Source: Gemmatimonadota bacterium
Lineage (GTDB): Bacteria > Latescibacterota > UBA2968 > UBA8231
DNA length: 46,561 bases
Direction of reading: 5' to 3'
Assembly (NCBI GenBank): GCA_038128265.1
Contig: JAYPJE010000002.1
Location: 1-46,561, forward strand
Part shown: positions 26,322-36,603 of the stretch, in pieces
Layout of the letters: each line of letters opens with the position of its first letter
Numbering within the stretch: position 1 is the stretch's first letter
The notes under the pieces: generated by a model
What the model saw: only the letters and a program-made list of their open reading frames with translations
Told to the model about the DNA's origin: nothing
Database searches by the model: none
Position numbers and translations under genes: made by a program

Positions 26322-27836
26322 GTGGTTTTGCGGCACGCATGCAAAAGGCGGTCTAGGTGGAGTTGGTCCGTCGTTGGTCTGCTGATTCAGCTTTCGGTGC
26401 ATGGGGCATGGCCCGTAGATGTAGTGGTTGCGCCTGTGAAGCCGCAGGTCGATGGAGTCCTAGGGGAGTGGGGCGCTGCCCGAGCGATTGACATCGCGCC
26501 CGCAGGACGGGGCGTCGGTCTGCGCGGGGCATTTGACGGCATCGGAGATCACTGGGCATCGGTGCTGTTGATGTGGGACGCCGATTCGCTCTACATCGCC
26601 GCATCGGTCATAGACGACGTGCTCGATCGCCAGCCCATTGCTGCCGGTGACAACGCGTGGGACGGTCCGGGGGGCGAGCGCAAGGACAAGATGTTCTACT
26701 ACGACCATCTGAAGGTCTTTCTGCGCGGACCCGAGCAGCCGCTGGGTTTCAATATTTGGCTGGCACCCAATAGAGAGGACGGCCCGGTGCACGCCTGGGG
26801 CGGCCAGCAGCGCGGCGCGCCCAGCGCCGACCTACCCCTGCACTTAGCTTCGCAGTCGCATGGCGATACCTATAGCTACGAAATGGCGCTGCCCTGGGAG
26901 TGGCTGCGCATCGTGCCGCGCCCGGATATGGAGCTAGACGCCTTGTTCCTATTTCCCGACTCGGATATGCCCGACCTCGAGTTGCGCAAAAAAGTAGCCG
27001 AGAGCAACAAGTGGATTTGGTGGCAGGGCAAGGTTGTGCTGCGCGGAAAACCGCCGGGATTGCGCGATGTGCCTGCGTCGGATACCATCGCGGAAATCGT
27101 CCAGCAGCAGAGCGAAATCGTCGTGCCCAAGGTCGCTGTGCCGCCGCGCGAGAACGTCGCGTCTACGGATGGAGGCGGTGGCGTAGAGGCTGATGCGGCG
27201 GGCCGCAAAGAGCAGGGAGACGACCCACCGGCTGCATCCTCTGAGCCGGCTGAAGCGGTGGTATCAGAAGAGGCGGATGCAGTCGCCAATGAAGGCGTGG
27301 CTACCGCTCCGCCCATCGCCGAACTGCGTGCGCGTTTAAATCGCAATTTGCTCGGCCGCTCGGCCGTGTATTCGGCACCTGCCTGGGTGGTCGAGGTCGC
27401 CGGCGACGAGCTGACATCGGCTCAGATGGACTCGCTCTACTTTCGCTTCGGCGAGACGATCGAGCGCATATCGCGCGACAATATAAGTAGCCGCAGCGAC
27501 GGGCTTATAATGGACATGGCCGAGTACGCCGGCGTTTGGCGTGCCCAGGCGCGCTCATTTGTCAGGGCTATTCTCGGCGCGGTGCTGGCTGCCATCGATG
27601 GAGATGATGCGCAAATGGGCGCGGGCATTGCGCGGGCCGCCGCGCAGACCGAGATCGAGGAGAAGCGCGTGCGCGCTTTTGTGCGTAATCTGTGCCGCGA
27701 GGCGCTGAATGTCTATGAAAAAAACAGAGTAGTTGCTACGGGAGACCTAGTGGATAAGGCGCGACGTAAGGCCGGTATTGCTTCAGAGAAGCAACAGCCT
27801 TTGCTGGAGGCCCTCTTGGCGCAGTGGCGGCCGTGA
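26322..27836 (+). CDS. Exported protein: CBM9/DOMON-like domain, low-complexity linker, helical C-terminal domain
   Basis: Signal-like N-terminus. VDG.L.EW, WD..SLYIA..V.DD and YEMALPW are typical of CBM9-like domains. Start uncertain (GTG 26322 or TTG 26328). Confidence 0.65.
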   Translation: MVLRHACKRRSRWSWSVVGLLIQLSVHGAWPVDVVVAPVKPQVDGVLGEWGAARAIDIAPAGRGVGLRGAFDGIGDHWASVLLMWDADSLYIAASVIDDVLDRQPIAAGDNAWDGPGGERKDKMFYYDHLKVFLRGPEQPLGFNIWLAPNREDGPVHAWGGQQRGAPSADLPLHLASQSHGDTYSYEMALPWEWLRIVPRPDMELDALFLFPDSDMPDLELRKKVAESNKWIWWQGKVVLRGKPPGLRDVPASDTIAEIVQQQSEIVVPKVAVPPRENVASTDGGGGVEADAAGRKEQGDDPPAASSEPAEAVVSEEADAVANEGVATAPPIAELRARLNRNLLGRSAVYSAPAWVVEVAGDELTSAQMDSLYFRFGETIERISRDNISSRSDGLIMDMAEYAGVWRAQARSFVRAILGAVLAAIDGDDAQMGAGIARAAAQTEIEEKRVRAFVRNLCREALNVYEKNRVVATGDLVDKARRKAGIASEKQQPLLEALLAQWRP

Positions 27837-27884
27837 ATCCCTTCGCCTTATGTTCTGCGCTGTGCGCAGTGGATTGCATAGGAT

Positions 27885-27908
27885 GCCGCCCGCCCGTGGC
27901 GGCTTTTT
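27885..27908 (+). terminator. Probable Rho-independent terminator
   Basis: GCCGCC-N7-GGCGGC followed by T5. Confidence 0.6.
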
Positions 27909-27930
27909 CGTTTGTTGGGGAGAAGAGAGC

Positions 27931-28977
27931 ATGCCCACGTTTAGCAGTGAGTATCTACAGCGCTGTGCGGCGGCTATTTTCGCCGCTGCTGGCGCTCCGC
28001 CGGCGCGCGCCGACCAGGTAGCGGAACTGCTGGTCGCGGCCAATTTGGTCGGCCACGATTCACACGGCATTATACGCGTGCCCCAATACATCGCGACCAT
28101 AGAGCGCGGTGAAATCGATCCCAACGCAGAGATCGCCGTCGAGTCGGACACGGAGGCATCCGCTGTGCTCGATGGCAACTGGGGTTTTGGCCAAGTGGTC
28201 ATGAGTGAGGCGGCAGCCATGGCCGTTGAGAAAGCATCGCGCTGTGGGGTGGCCGCGCTTACCGTGCGCAACGCCAACCATATCGGCCGTCTCGGCAGCT
28301 ATGTAGAGGATGTCGCCCGTCAGGGCATGGTGGCGCTGCTCTTTGCCAATATGCACGGTGGAGGAGCCTGCGTCGTGCCGTGGGGTGGGCGCGAGCGCCG
28401 CTTGGGCACCAACCCGCTGGCGGCTGGGCTGCCCCGTCCCGATGCCGATCCCATCGTGTTGGATATGACGACCAGCGTCGTGGCCGAGGGCAAGGTTCGG
28501 GTACAGCGCAACCGCGGCGAGGCCGTTCCCGAGGGGTGGATTATCGATGCGGAGGGGCAGCCGTCGACCGATCCCGATGCATTCTATGGTTCGCCGCGGG
28601 GGGGGATCCTGCCCTTTGGCGGTGCGGCGGGTCACAAGGGATATGGGCTGGGCGTTATTGTCGAAATCCTTGGCGGCGCTCTAAGCGCAGCTGGCTGTGC
28701 GGGCACAGGGGCGCGCAACGGTAACGGCGTGCTGCTGCTGGTCGTTGATATCGAGCGCTTTGTGCCCATGGACAGTTATCTGAGCGAAGTCGGTCAGCTA
28801 GTCGAGTTTATAAAATCGTCTCCGCTTGCTCCCGGATTTAGCGAGATCCTCGTTCCGGGCGAAATTGAATCGCGTCAGCGCGCGCTGCGCCGGGATAGCA
28901 TCGAAGTGGACGGGCAAACGTGGTCCGAGGTCGTAGAATGCGCCGGGCGACTAGGCGTCGAGCTACCGGCACCATGA
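27931..28977 (+). CDS. Ldh_2 (malate/L-lactate/sulfolactate dehydrogenase) family oxidoreductase
   Basis: GHDSHG..R, DGNWGFGQ, NHIGRLG, GTNPL, DMTTS, GHKGYGL, PGE. Confidence 0.9.
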   Translation: MPTFSSEYLQRCAAAIFAAAGAPPARADQVAELLVAANLVGHDSHGIIRVPQYIATIERGEIDPNAEIAVESDTEASAVLDGNWGFGQVVMSEAAAMAVEKASRCGVAALTVRNANHIGRLGSYVEDVARQGMVALLFANMHGGGACVVPWGGRERRLGTNPLAAGLPRPDADPIVLDMTTSVVAEGKVRVQRNRGEAVPEGWIIDAEGQPSTDPDAFYGSPRGGILPFGGAAGHKGYGLGVIVEILGGALSAAGCAGTGARNGNGVLLLVVDIERFVPMDSYLSEVGQLVEFIKSSPLAPGFSEILVPGEIESRQRALRRDSIEVDGQTWSEVVECAGRLGVELPAP

Positions 28978-30065
28978 GCGACGTTGCCCGCACGGTGGCC
29001 CTACTCAAGGGGGGCGTAGATGAGGGCGTGCATCCCGGCGGACAGCTCTACGTGCAGCAAGGCGATGCGGTCGTGGCCGATCTGGCCGTGGGCGATGTAG
29101 AAACCGAATCGCTGATGTGCTGGTTTTCTGCGACCAAGCCCCTGGCGGCGGTCGCCATTGCCCAGCTTTGGGAGCGCGGTGCGCTGGCTCTCGACGACTG
29201 CGTGCATCGCCACATACCCGAATTTGCCGCGCGTGAAAAGGGAGAGATTACGCTGCGTCACCTGCTCACGCACACCGGCGGTTTTCGTTCGCGCATCGAT
29301 CTGGAGCAAGGCGACCTTTCCTGGCAAGAAGCCGTGGTGCGAGTCTGTGATGCGCGCAAGGAACGCAGCTGGCCGGTGGGGCGCAAAGCCGGTTATCACA
29401 TCGCCTCCTCTTGGTATGCGCTGGCCGAAGTGGTGCGGCGCATTGACGGCCGGTCGTTTGATCGCTACGTGCGCGAAGAAATCTTTAAGCCGTTAGGCAT
29501 GGACGATTGTTGGATCGCCATGCCGGAAGAGTGCTACCGCGCCTACGGAGAGCGCGTGGCAGAAGTCTATTCCACGGAGGGCGGTGCGACGCAGATAGAG
29601 GCATACTACGCGGGCGCCGCGGCAGCGGCACGCTGCGTGCCCGGTGCTAGTGGTCGTGGTCCCGCGCGCCAACTGGCCCGGCTGTATGTCGCGCTGCTCG
29701 GAGGCGGCGTGCTCAATGGGCAGCGCATCCTTTCCGCACAGGCCGTCGAGGCGCTGGTAGCGCGCCAGCGCACGGGCCTGTACGACCATACGTTTAAACA
29801 TCGGATGGACTGGGGATTGGGCTTTGTAATCAACTCGGCGATGTATGGAATTGACACCGTTCCCTACGGCTACGGGCGTCACGCTGGGTGGCGCACCTTC
29901 GGCCACAGCGGCCAGCAAACCTCCGCAGCCTTTGCCGATCCCGAAGCGGGTCTGGTCGTCGCGCTGGTTGTAAACGGCATGCCCGGAGCGGCGAAACACC
30001 ACCGTCGCTTTCTCGATGTGCTCAGCGCACTCTACGTAGACCTGGGACTCGTCACAGGCGAATAA
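28974..30065 (+). CDS. Serine hydrolase, beta-lactamase-like esterase family
   Basis: SATK (SxxK), LLTHTGG, GYH, FGHSG. ATGA overlap with the upstream gene. Confidence 0.88.
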   Translation: MSDVARTVALLKGGVDEGVHPGGQLYVQQGDAVVADLAVGDVETESLMCWFSATKPLAAVAIAQLWERGALALDDCVHRHIPEFAAREKGEITLRHLLTHTGGFRSRIDLEQGDLSWQEAVVRVCDARKERSWPVGRKAGYHIASSWYALAEVVRRIDGRSFDRYVREEIFKPLGMDDCWIAMPEECYRAYGERVAEVYSTEGGATQIEAYYAGAAAAARCVPGASGRGPARQLARLYVALLGGGVLNGQRILSAQAVEALVARQRTGLYDHTFKHRMDWGLGFVINSAMYGIDTVPYGYGRHAGWRTFGHSGQQTSAAFADPEAGLVVALVVNGMPGAAKHHRRFLDVLSALYVDLGLVTGE

Positions 30066-30196
30066 GTTCGGCCATGACGAGGCTACATGCGTGCGCGCAA
30101 AGCGCTGTCGGCTGCGTGCGTTCTTTGTCGTAAAACGGCCTTTTCGCTACATTTCCCCAAAGCAGAGCACTACGTCGAAGGAGAAAAAAGAGCGAT

Positions 30197-31831
30197 ATGA
30201 ACGCAGCAGATCTCTTTGTTAGGGCGCTAGAAGCCGAAGGCGTAGAATACATTTTTGGCATTCCCGGCGAGGAGAACTTAGACCTGCTAGAAGCGCTGCG
30301 TCATTCGCAGCAGATACGGCTCGTTCTTACCCGCCACGAGCAGGCCGCCGGCTTTATGGCGGCTACCTATGGACGTCTCACCGGTAAGACCGGCGTGTGT
30401 TTGGCAACGCTGGGGCCCGGCGCTACCAACTTTGTTACGGCAGCGGCCTATGCACAGCTGGGGGCCATGCCGATGTTGATGATAACGGGTCAAAAGCCCA
30501 TCAAATCGAGTAAGCAGGGTCAGTTTCAAATTGTCGACGTCGTTGAAATGATGCGCCCGCTTACCAAATTTACTCGGCAGATCGTCAGCGGTGCCAACAT
30601 CCCATCGCGGGTGCGCGAGGCGTTTCGCCTAGCCGAAGAGGAGCGCCCGGGAGCCGTGCACCTTGAACTGCCGGAAGATATTGCGCGCGAGGCGGTCGAC
30701 GGGCCGCTTTTTCCGCGCGATCGCGTGCGCCGTCCCATTCCCGAGGAAAAGGCAATTGCGCGTGCAGCGGCGATGATTGAAGAGGCGCGACACCCGCTGC
30801 TACTAATTGGCGCGGCGGCCAATCGCAAGCGCACTTCAAAGATGCTGCAGCACTTCGTGCAGGACACGGGCATTCCCTTTTTTACGACTCAGATGGGCAA
30901 GGGCGTTATTGACGAACGCCATCCGCTCTTTCTCGGCAATGCCGCTCTTTCCGATAACGATCGCCTGCACTGCGCCATCGCGCGCGCAGATTTGATTATC
31001 AACGTCGGTCACGACGTCGTCGAAAAGCCGCCCTTCTTTATGGAGGGAGACGAACTGCGCGTAATTCACATTAATTTCTCTTCGGCTTCTGTCGATCCCG
31101 TCTACTTTCCCCAGCTGGAAGTAATCGGCGACATCGGCAACAGTATATGGCAGCTTATGTTGCGCATCGACCCACAGGCACACTGGGACTTTTCCTACTT
31201 TGAAAAGGTCAAGGCGTGGATCGACGATGGACGCGAGTTGGGCGTAAATGACAGCTCCTTTCCCGTGCTGCCGCAGCGCCTAGTGGCCGACGTGCGCCGC
31301 GCGATGCCCGACGATGGCATTATCTGTTTAGACAACGGCGTGTACAAGATATGGTTTGCGCTCAACTACCGGGCCCATGCCAACAACACCGTGCTGCTCG
31401 ACAATGCCTTAGCGACGATGGGCGCCGGCTTACCTTCGGCTATTGCGGCTCGCTTGGTCTATCCCGATACCCGCGTTATGGCCGTCTGCGGCGACGGCGG
31501 TTTTATGATGAACTCGCAGGAATTGGAGACGGCCGTGCGCCTGGGTATAGATTTGGTGGTGTTGGTGCTCAATGACAATGCCTTTGGCATGATCAAGTGG
31601 AAGCAAGCGGCTATGGGATTGGAAAAATGGGGCCTTGACTACGGGAACCCCGATTTTGTCAGGTATGCGGAGAGCTACGGCGCGCACGGTCACCGCGTGC
31701 AGTCGGTCGACGACCTGCTGCCGACGCTGCATGCCTGCCTGGAGCAGCCCGGCGTGCATTTGGTCGAAGTGCCGATGGACTATGCGGGCAACAACAAGTT
31801 GCTTGACCGCGGTCTGGTGTGTCCGGAATAG
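30197..31831 (+). CDS. TPP-dependent acetolactate synthase large subunit-like protein
   Basis: FGIPGEEN, TRHEQAAGFMA, TLGPGATN, GDGGFMMN..EL, NDNAFGMI. No adjacent regulatory small subunit. Confidence 0.9.
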   Translation: MNAADLFVRALEAEGVEYIFGIPGEENLDLLEALRHSQQIRLVLTRHEQAAGFMAATYGRLTGKTGVCLATLGPGATNFVTAAAYAQLGAMPMLMITGQKPIKSSKQGQFQIVDVVEMMRPLTKFTRQIVSGANIPSRVREAFRLAEEERPGAVHLELPEDIAREAVDGPLFPRDRVRRPIPEEKAIARAAAMIEEARHPLLLIGAAANRKRTSKMLQHFVQDTGIPFFTTQMGKGVIDERHPLFLGNAALSDNDRLHCAIARADLIINVGHDVVEKPPFFMEGDELRVIHINFSSASVDPVYFPQLEVIGDIGNSIWQLMLRIDPQAHWDFSYFEKVKAWIDDGRELGVNDSSFPVLPQRLVADVRRAMPDDGIICLDNGVYKIWFALNYRAHANNTVLLDNALATMGAGLPSAIAARLVYPDTRVMAVCGDGGFMMNSQELETAVRLGIDLVVLVLNDNAFGMIKWKQAAMGLEKWGLDYGNPDFVRYAESYGAHGHRVQSVDDLLPTLHACLEQPGVHLVEVPMDYAGNNKLLDRGLVCPE

Positions 31832-31842
31832 AAGACGGTTCA

Positions 31843-33207
31843 ATGGGTAAGAGAGCGGTGGTTATCGGGGGAGATGCGGCGGGAATGAGCGCGGCGGCGC
31901 AGATGCGGCGAGCGGCTCCCCAGTTAGAGGTCGTGGTTTTTGAAAAGAGCGCACATGTATCGTATGCGGCCTGCGGCATGCCGTATTATATCGCCGGCGA
32001 TATCGCCTCGCACGAAGACCTATTGGCGCTCAAACCCGATGAAGTGGTACAGCGCGGCATCGATGCGCGCTGCCAGCACGAAGTGTGTGAAATCCGCCCG
32101 GGCGCGCGCGCGGTGGTCGGACGCACCCGCGATGGACGTTCTTTTAGCGAGCACTACGACTATCTAGTACTGGCCACGGGCGGCGCCGCGCGGCGTCCGC
32201 CGTGGGCAAGTAAGGGATTGGATGGGGTTTGTACGCTGCGGACGCTCGAAGACGGCATTGCGCTCCGCGCCTTTATCGAACAGCGCCGCCCGCGCCATGC
32301 CGTTGTCGTTGGCACCGGCTTTATCGGGTTGGAAATGGTCGAAGCCTTTGCCCGCTGCGGTTTGGACGTCACCCTTATAGGACGCTCGCAGCACCTGCTA
32401 GGACAGTTTGACCGCGCCTTTGCCGCACCTGTTTTTGACGCGCTAAACCACTGTGGCGTCTCGCTCCACCTGGGCGCGGAGGTGCGCGCAATAGAAGGTG
32501 TCGACGGACGCGTGACGGGCGTCGTAAGCGATGCGGGACGCCACGCGGCCGACCTCGTTCTCGTGGCTACGGGGCTGCGGCCCAGCGGCGAATTGGCGCG
32601 CGCTGCCGGACTGAGCGTGGGAACGAGCGGTGCCATCGCCGTCGACGAGCGCATGCAAACAGATCGGCCTGGGATCTGGGCAGCTGGTGATTGCATCGAG
32701 GTAAAACACATTGTCAGCGGCGAAAAAGTCTTTGCGCCCCTGGCGCTGACGGCCAATCGCACCGGCCGCATTGCCGGCGATCAAATCGGCGCGCATGCGG
32801 TCGGTCGGGCTTCGCATCAGCGCTTTCGCGGCACGGCAGGTACGGCGATAACCAAGGTCTTTGACTATGCGTTGGCACACACCGGACTCTCGCTGGCCGA
32901 GGCGACGCGCGCCGGATTTGATGCGGTCGAATTCGAACGCACCAGCCGCTCGCGGGCAGGATACTATCCGGGATCCAAACCGCTAAAAGTTCGCATTGTC
33001 GTCGAGCGGCGCACGCGACGACTGCTCGGGGCGCAGATGCTGGGTGAAGAAGGGGTCGTAGGGCGTATCGATGCGCTGGCAACGGCCCTATTTGCGCGCA
33101 TGAGCGTAGACGATGTCCACCACCTAGATCTGGCCTATGCACCGCCTTTTGGGCCGGTATACGACGCGATAATCGATGTGTGCGGCCGGGCCGCTCTCGA
33201 ACTGTAG
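31843..33207 (+). CDS. CoA-disulfide reductase / NADH oxidase family flavoprotein
   Basis: GGDAAGMSAA, SYAACG (redox Cys), GTGFIGLE, AAGDC, YAPPF. Confidence 0.9.
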   Translation: MGKRAVVIGGDAAGMSAAAQMRRAAPQLEVVVFEKSAHVSYAACGMPYYIAGDIASHEDLLALKPDEVVQRGIDARCQHEVCEIRPGARAVVGRTRDGRSFSEHYDYLVLATGGAARRPPWASKGLDGVCTLRTLEDGIALRAFIEQRRPRHAVVVGTGFIGLEMVEAFARCGLDVTLIGRSQHLLGQFDRAFAAPVFDALNHCGVSLHLGAEVRAIEGVDGRVTGVVSDAGRHAADLVLVATGLRPSGELARAAGLSVGTSGAIAVDERMQTDRPGIWAAGDCIEVKHIVSGEKVFAPLALTANRTGRIAGDQIGAHAVGRASHQRFRGTAGTAITKVFDYALAHTGLSLAEATRAGFDAVEFERTSRSRAGYYPGSKPLKVRIVVERRTRRLLGAQMLGEEGVVGRIDALATALFARMSVDDVHHLDLAYAPPFGPVYDAIIDVCGRAALEL

Positions 33208-33210
33208 CGC

Positions 33211-34143
33211 ATGCGGGACGCAACGGAGGGACTGGTTCAGATCGCCGGCAATGCCGTGCTCGACGTGCTAGTCAGCGGCGCCGAGGATATCGCTGCGGGG
33301 GGCCATACCTGGGGCAACAACGTGCAGCAGCTGCAGCGCCCAATCGACGCGGCACTCGGTGGCTGTGGTGCGGCTGCGGCCTACGTGTTGGGCGCGCTGG
33401 GCCAGCAGGTGATGTTGAATACAAATATCGGCGGCGATTGCTGGGGCGATATGCTGCGCGCCTGGTTGGAGAGCGTCGAAGTCGAAGTCGGCGGGCTGCA
33501 GGCAGGTGCCACGGCCGTCCACGTTATTGCTCTCGATGGGACCGGTCGGCGGCGCTCACATTACTACATGGGTGAAAAGGTAGACTGGCACGCCTCCTTG
33601 GAAATGGCGGTGCCACAGATCTTTTTTGCTGCCGGCTATGGAGCGGTTGGGGCGGAAGACGTCGCCGAGCTAAAGGCCGTCTTTGCCGCCCTGCGCGCAC
33701 GAGGGGCTGCGATTGCCTTGGACGTGAGTCCGTGGTTTGTAGGGCGTGCGTCGGCGAGCGATATGCTGGCCCTCTGGCGCGAGGTCGACTACCTAATTGG
33801 CACGGAGGACGAACTGGCGGCTTGGCAAGAGGCCGACGGGGTAGAGGACCTAGCCGAGCGCGTGCTCGACAGAGGCGTCGAATGCGTCGTCGTCAAACGG
33901 GGGGAAGAGGGCGCCTACTATGCCGCGCGCGACGGGGAGCAGGGACATGCTCGGGTCGAGGCGCTAGCCGACGTCAATAGCGTTGGGGCGGGCGATAGCT
34001 TTAACGGTCGGCTGCTCTACGGGCTATGTCGCCAGGAATCGCTATCGGTTGCCGTGCAGGCGGCAGCGGATCTGGCCACGCGTGCCGTCCGCTTGGGGCG
34101 TGGGGCGCTGGGCGCAGTGGAAAACAATAGGAGGACTGCATGA
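33211..34143 (+). CDS. PfkB family carbohydrate kinase
   Basis: GGCG...A, G.D..G, VVKRG.EG, SVGAGDSF. Confidence 0.88.
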   Translation: MRDATEGLVQIAGNAVLDVLVSGAEDIAAGGHTWGNNVQQLQRPIDAALGGCGAAAAYVLGALGQQVMLNTNIGGDCWGDMLRAWLESVEVEVGGLQAGATAVHVIALDGTGRRRSHYYMGEKVDWHASLEMAVPQIFFAAGYGAVGAEDVAELKAVFAALRARGAAIALDVSPWFVGRASASDMLALWREVDYLIGTEDELAAWQEADGVEDLAERVLDRGVECVVVKRGEEGAYYAARDGEQGHARVEALADVNSVGAGDSFNGRLLYGLCRQESLSVAVQAAADLATRAVRLGRGALGAVENNRRTA

Positions 34144-35630
34144 GAGACAGACCCAATGTGCTGGTTATTATGAGCGATCAGCAAAAGGCCACGGCCAGCC
34201 ACCTATACGGCAATAGTTTTTGCCATACGCCATCAATGCAGCGCTTGGCCGACGACGGGGTGCTCTACGAAAATGCCATCACGCCACATCCCCTGTGCAT
34301 GCCGGCGCGCGTCTCGTTTTGGACCTCGCAATTTCCCCATATGCACGGCGGTCGGCGCAACGAGACACCGATGCCGGCTGGGGCTGAGCACGCGTGGAAC
34401 ATATGGAAAGACGCCGGATACGCGACGGGGTTGATCGGCAAGAATCACTGTTTTGTGCGCGAAGAAGATCGCCAGCTGTTTGACGTGTGGAATGCATTTA
34501 CGCACGGCGGCCAGAGCGAAGGGCCGACTACCTGGGGGATGGAGTGGTTTCGCCCGCAAGAGGGGCGCCAACGCGTGGCAGAGGCGGTGCGCGCCATGCA
34601 GCCACAGACGCCTAGCTTTGCCTATGGGTCAAACGATTTACCGCTCGAAGACCATTCCACCGGCCTGATCGCAGGGCAGACCGTGCGCTTTTTAGAAAAG
34701 TATCAGCACGAACCCTTTGCCCTATGGGTTTCTCTGCCCGACCCGCACGAACCCTGGATGGCTCCGAGACAGTATACTTCGATGTTTTCGCGCGATTCGA
34801 TCGAGCTGCCGCCGCAGCGCGACGACGAGTTCAGCGACGGAACCGCGCCCGAGCGCAACCGTGTGCTGCACAATATGCTCAGCTGGCGCGAGGACGATCT
34901 CGACGATGTCTACGGCGTTATGGGCGCCTACTACGGCATGGTGCGCTTTCTGGACGACGGGGTCGGACAAATCCTCGATGCGCTCGAGCGGTTGGAGCTG
35001 CGCGATGATACAATCGTCGTATTTTGCTCGGACCACGGCGATTTTATGGGTGAGCACGGCATGACCTGTAAGGGAGGCGTATTCTACGATTGCCTGACCC
35101 GCGTGCCCCTTATTGTTTCCTGGCCAGGCCACATACCCAGCGGCGTGCGCGACAGCAGCATGGCCAATCTGATCGATGTCGTGCCGACCTTGCTGCAGCT
35201 GCAGGGATTGGAAGTGCCGCGCGCTATGTGCGGCCAGGGGCTGCCCGCTGCCACCGATGCAACCCCGCGCGACGCGACGTTCTCCGAGTACGGCAGCGGA
35301 GGGGCCGCTTTTACGCAGGCCGATTTAGAGCGCCTGCCTAAGCCTTGGGGGCGCCGCGCGCTGATCCGTTCACTGCGCTGGCGCGAAGCGGAGGGCCGTC
35401 GCAAAATGGTGCGCACGCAGCAGTGGAAATACGTGCGCGACCCGATGGGCGATCGCGATGAATTATACGATCTCCATGCCGATCCGTGGGAGCTCTACAA
35501 CGTCGTCGACAGGGAAGAACACGCGGGCGTGCTGGCCGAAATGCGGCTGCGGTTGGCCGATTGGAGTATGGAGACAGAGGACAGTCCCCCCGTGCCGCTG
35601 CCCGAAGACGAACACTATCAGTTTGAATAA
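34140..35630 (+). CDS. Sulfatase (Cys-type)
   Basis: PNVLVIMSDQ, PLCMPAR, GKNH, DPHEP, SDHGDFMGEHG, ELYDL..DPWE. ATGA overlap with the pfkB-family gene. Confidence 0.92.
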   Translation: MRDRPNVLVIMSDQQKATASHLYGNSFCHTPSMQRLADDGVLYENAITPHPLCMPARVSFWTSQFPHMHGGRRNETPMPAGAEHAWNIWKDAGYATGLIGKNHCFVREEDRQLFDVWNAFTHGGQSEGPTTWGMEWFRPQEGRQRVAEAVRAMQPQTPSFAYGSNDLPLEDHSTGLIAGQTVRFLEKYQHEPFALWVSLPDPHEPWMAPRQYTSMFSRDSIELPPQRDDEFSDGTAPERNRVLHNMLSWREDDLDDVYGVMGAYYGMVRFLDDGVGQILDALERLELRDDTIVVFCSDHGDFMGEHGMTCKGGVFYDCLTRVPLIVSWPGHIPSGVRDSSMANLIDVVPTLLQLQGLEVPRAMCGQGLPAATDATPRDATFSEYGSGGAAFTQADLERLPKPWGRRALIRSLRWREAEGRRKMVRTQQWKYVRDPMGDRDELYDLHADPWELYNVVDREEHAGVLAEMRLRLADWSMETEDSPPVPLPEDEHYQFE

Positions 35631-35689
35631 AAGACGATTAGGGGGCGCGATGCGCAGTGCGCCGAATCTACCTATGAGGAGAGAGCTGT

Positions 35690-36268
35690 ATGAGCAATCC
35701 GATTATCATGATTCTCGGTTGGCGCTCCGGCACGTCCAGCCTGACTAAAAAGCTCTACGAAGAGGGCTTTCCGATTACCCCACCGTTGGATATGCGTCCG
35801 ATGGAGGGACACCAGCCGGAAGGTCACTACGAAAACCAACAGGTTTACCAGATTAACGAAGCGCTGCTCAAGCACTTTCAAATGTCGGTTTTTCAACCGG
35901 GCTTGCTGCCTTTTGTGAACGCCGACGTGGTGGAAAAGTGGCTACTTGACCATCCCGAACCCGTTATTATCAAAGACCCGCGTCTGGCCTTTACGTGGTC
36001 GGTGTGGACTTCTTCAACGCAGCGCCCGTGCATATTTGTGTGGACGGACCGCGAGACGACATCTCAGGTTGCTTCTATCGTGCGCTGGTATAAGGTGCCC
36101 GAGGGAGCGGCCCAGGCCTGCGTGCGCATGCACGACCTCTGTGCGCGCCTGGCCTGTAAGGAGTATCGCTCGTTAATACTCGATTTGCTCGACCCCGAGC
36201 GCGCCGATAAGGCCATGGCCTTTATCGCAGAGTTTGTTCCGCCCGGCCAGCGCCCACCGGCTGAGTAG
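35690..36268 (+). CDS. Sulfotransferase-like P-loop protein
   Basis: G.RSGTS.L PAPS-binding-like loop, P.GHYE, IKDPR. GAGGAG RBS. Confidence 0.7.
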   Translation: MSNPIIMILGWRSGTSSLTKKLYEEGFPITPPLDMRPMEGHQPEGHYENQQVYQINEALLKHFQMSVFQPGLLPFVNADVVEKWLLDHPEPVIIKDPRLAFTWSVWTSSTQRPCIFVWTDRETTSQVASIVRWYKVPEGAAQACVRMHDLCARLACKEYRSLILDLLDPERADKAMAFIAEFVPPGQRPPAE

Positions 36269-36323
36269 GTTGAGGCCGCCGTGCGCCTGCTGTTTTCTGC
36301 GCGGTTCTACCGCGTAAAAGGGC

Positions 36324-36353
36324 TTGACATGCTCGCCGTCCAGCCGATACCTT
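36324..36353 (+). promoter_or_regulatory. sigma70-type promoter of the thrS leader
   Basis: TTGACA-N18-TACCTT. Confidence 0.6.
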
Positions 36354-36390
36354 TGAACAGGCTGTCAACGTTATTTTGAGGTGTATTCAG

Positions 36391-36525
36391 ATGTCTCTAC
36401 GAGTTTCGGTCGTGTCTGTCCAAGTGCGCGCTGTCTATGCCTTTGCGGCCGCTGAAACGTCTGCACTTACGGCGACCGCTGCGTCGACTACGCGCGCCCA
36501 TAGGGCGGTGGAGCATCCGGTTTAA
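36391..36525 (+). CDS. Thr-rich leader peptide, 44 aa (MSLRVSVVSVQVRAVYAFAAAETSALTATAASTTRAHRAVEHPV)
   Basis: GAGGTG RBS 7 nt before the ATG. All 5 Thr codons cluster in codons 23-34. The stop lies 23 nt before a terminator upstream of thrS. Confidence 0.8.
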   Translation: MSLRVSVVSVQVRAVYAFAAAETSALTATAASTTRAHRAVEHPV

Positions 36526-36548
36526 ACCGAATCGATCGAGTGCTAATT

Positions 36549-36582
36549 ACCCACTGCCGCACTGCGGGCAGTGGGTTTTTTC
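36549..36582 (+). terminator. Attenuator terminator in the thrS leader
   Basis: ACCCACTGCC...GGCAGTGGGT 10-bp stem plus T7. Its 5' arm can alternatively pair with GGCGGTGG at 36504-36511. Confidence 0.9.
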
Positions 36583-36603
36583 ATGTCTGCTGAGGAGAGC
36601 ATC

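Noticed and set aside
36500..36520. GGTGGAGCA in the thrS leader as a T-box antiterminator bulge
   Set aside because: It does not match GGTGGNACC and I see no Stem I/specifier architecture. The segment is better explained as the antiterminator strand of a leader-peptide attenuator.
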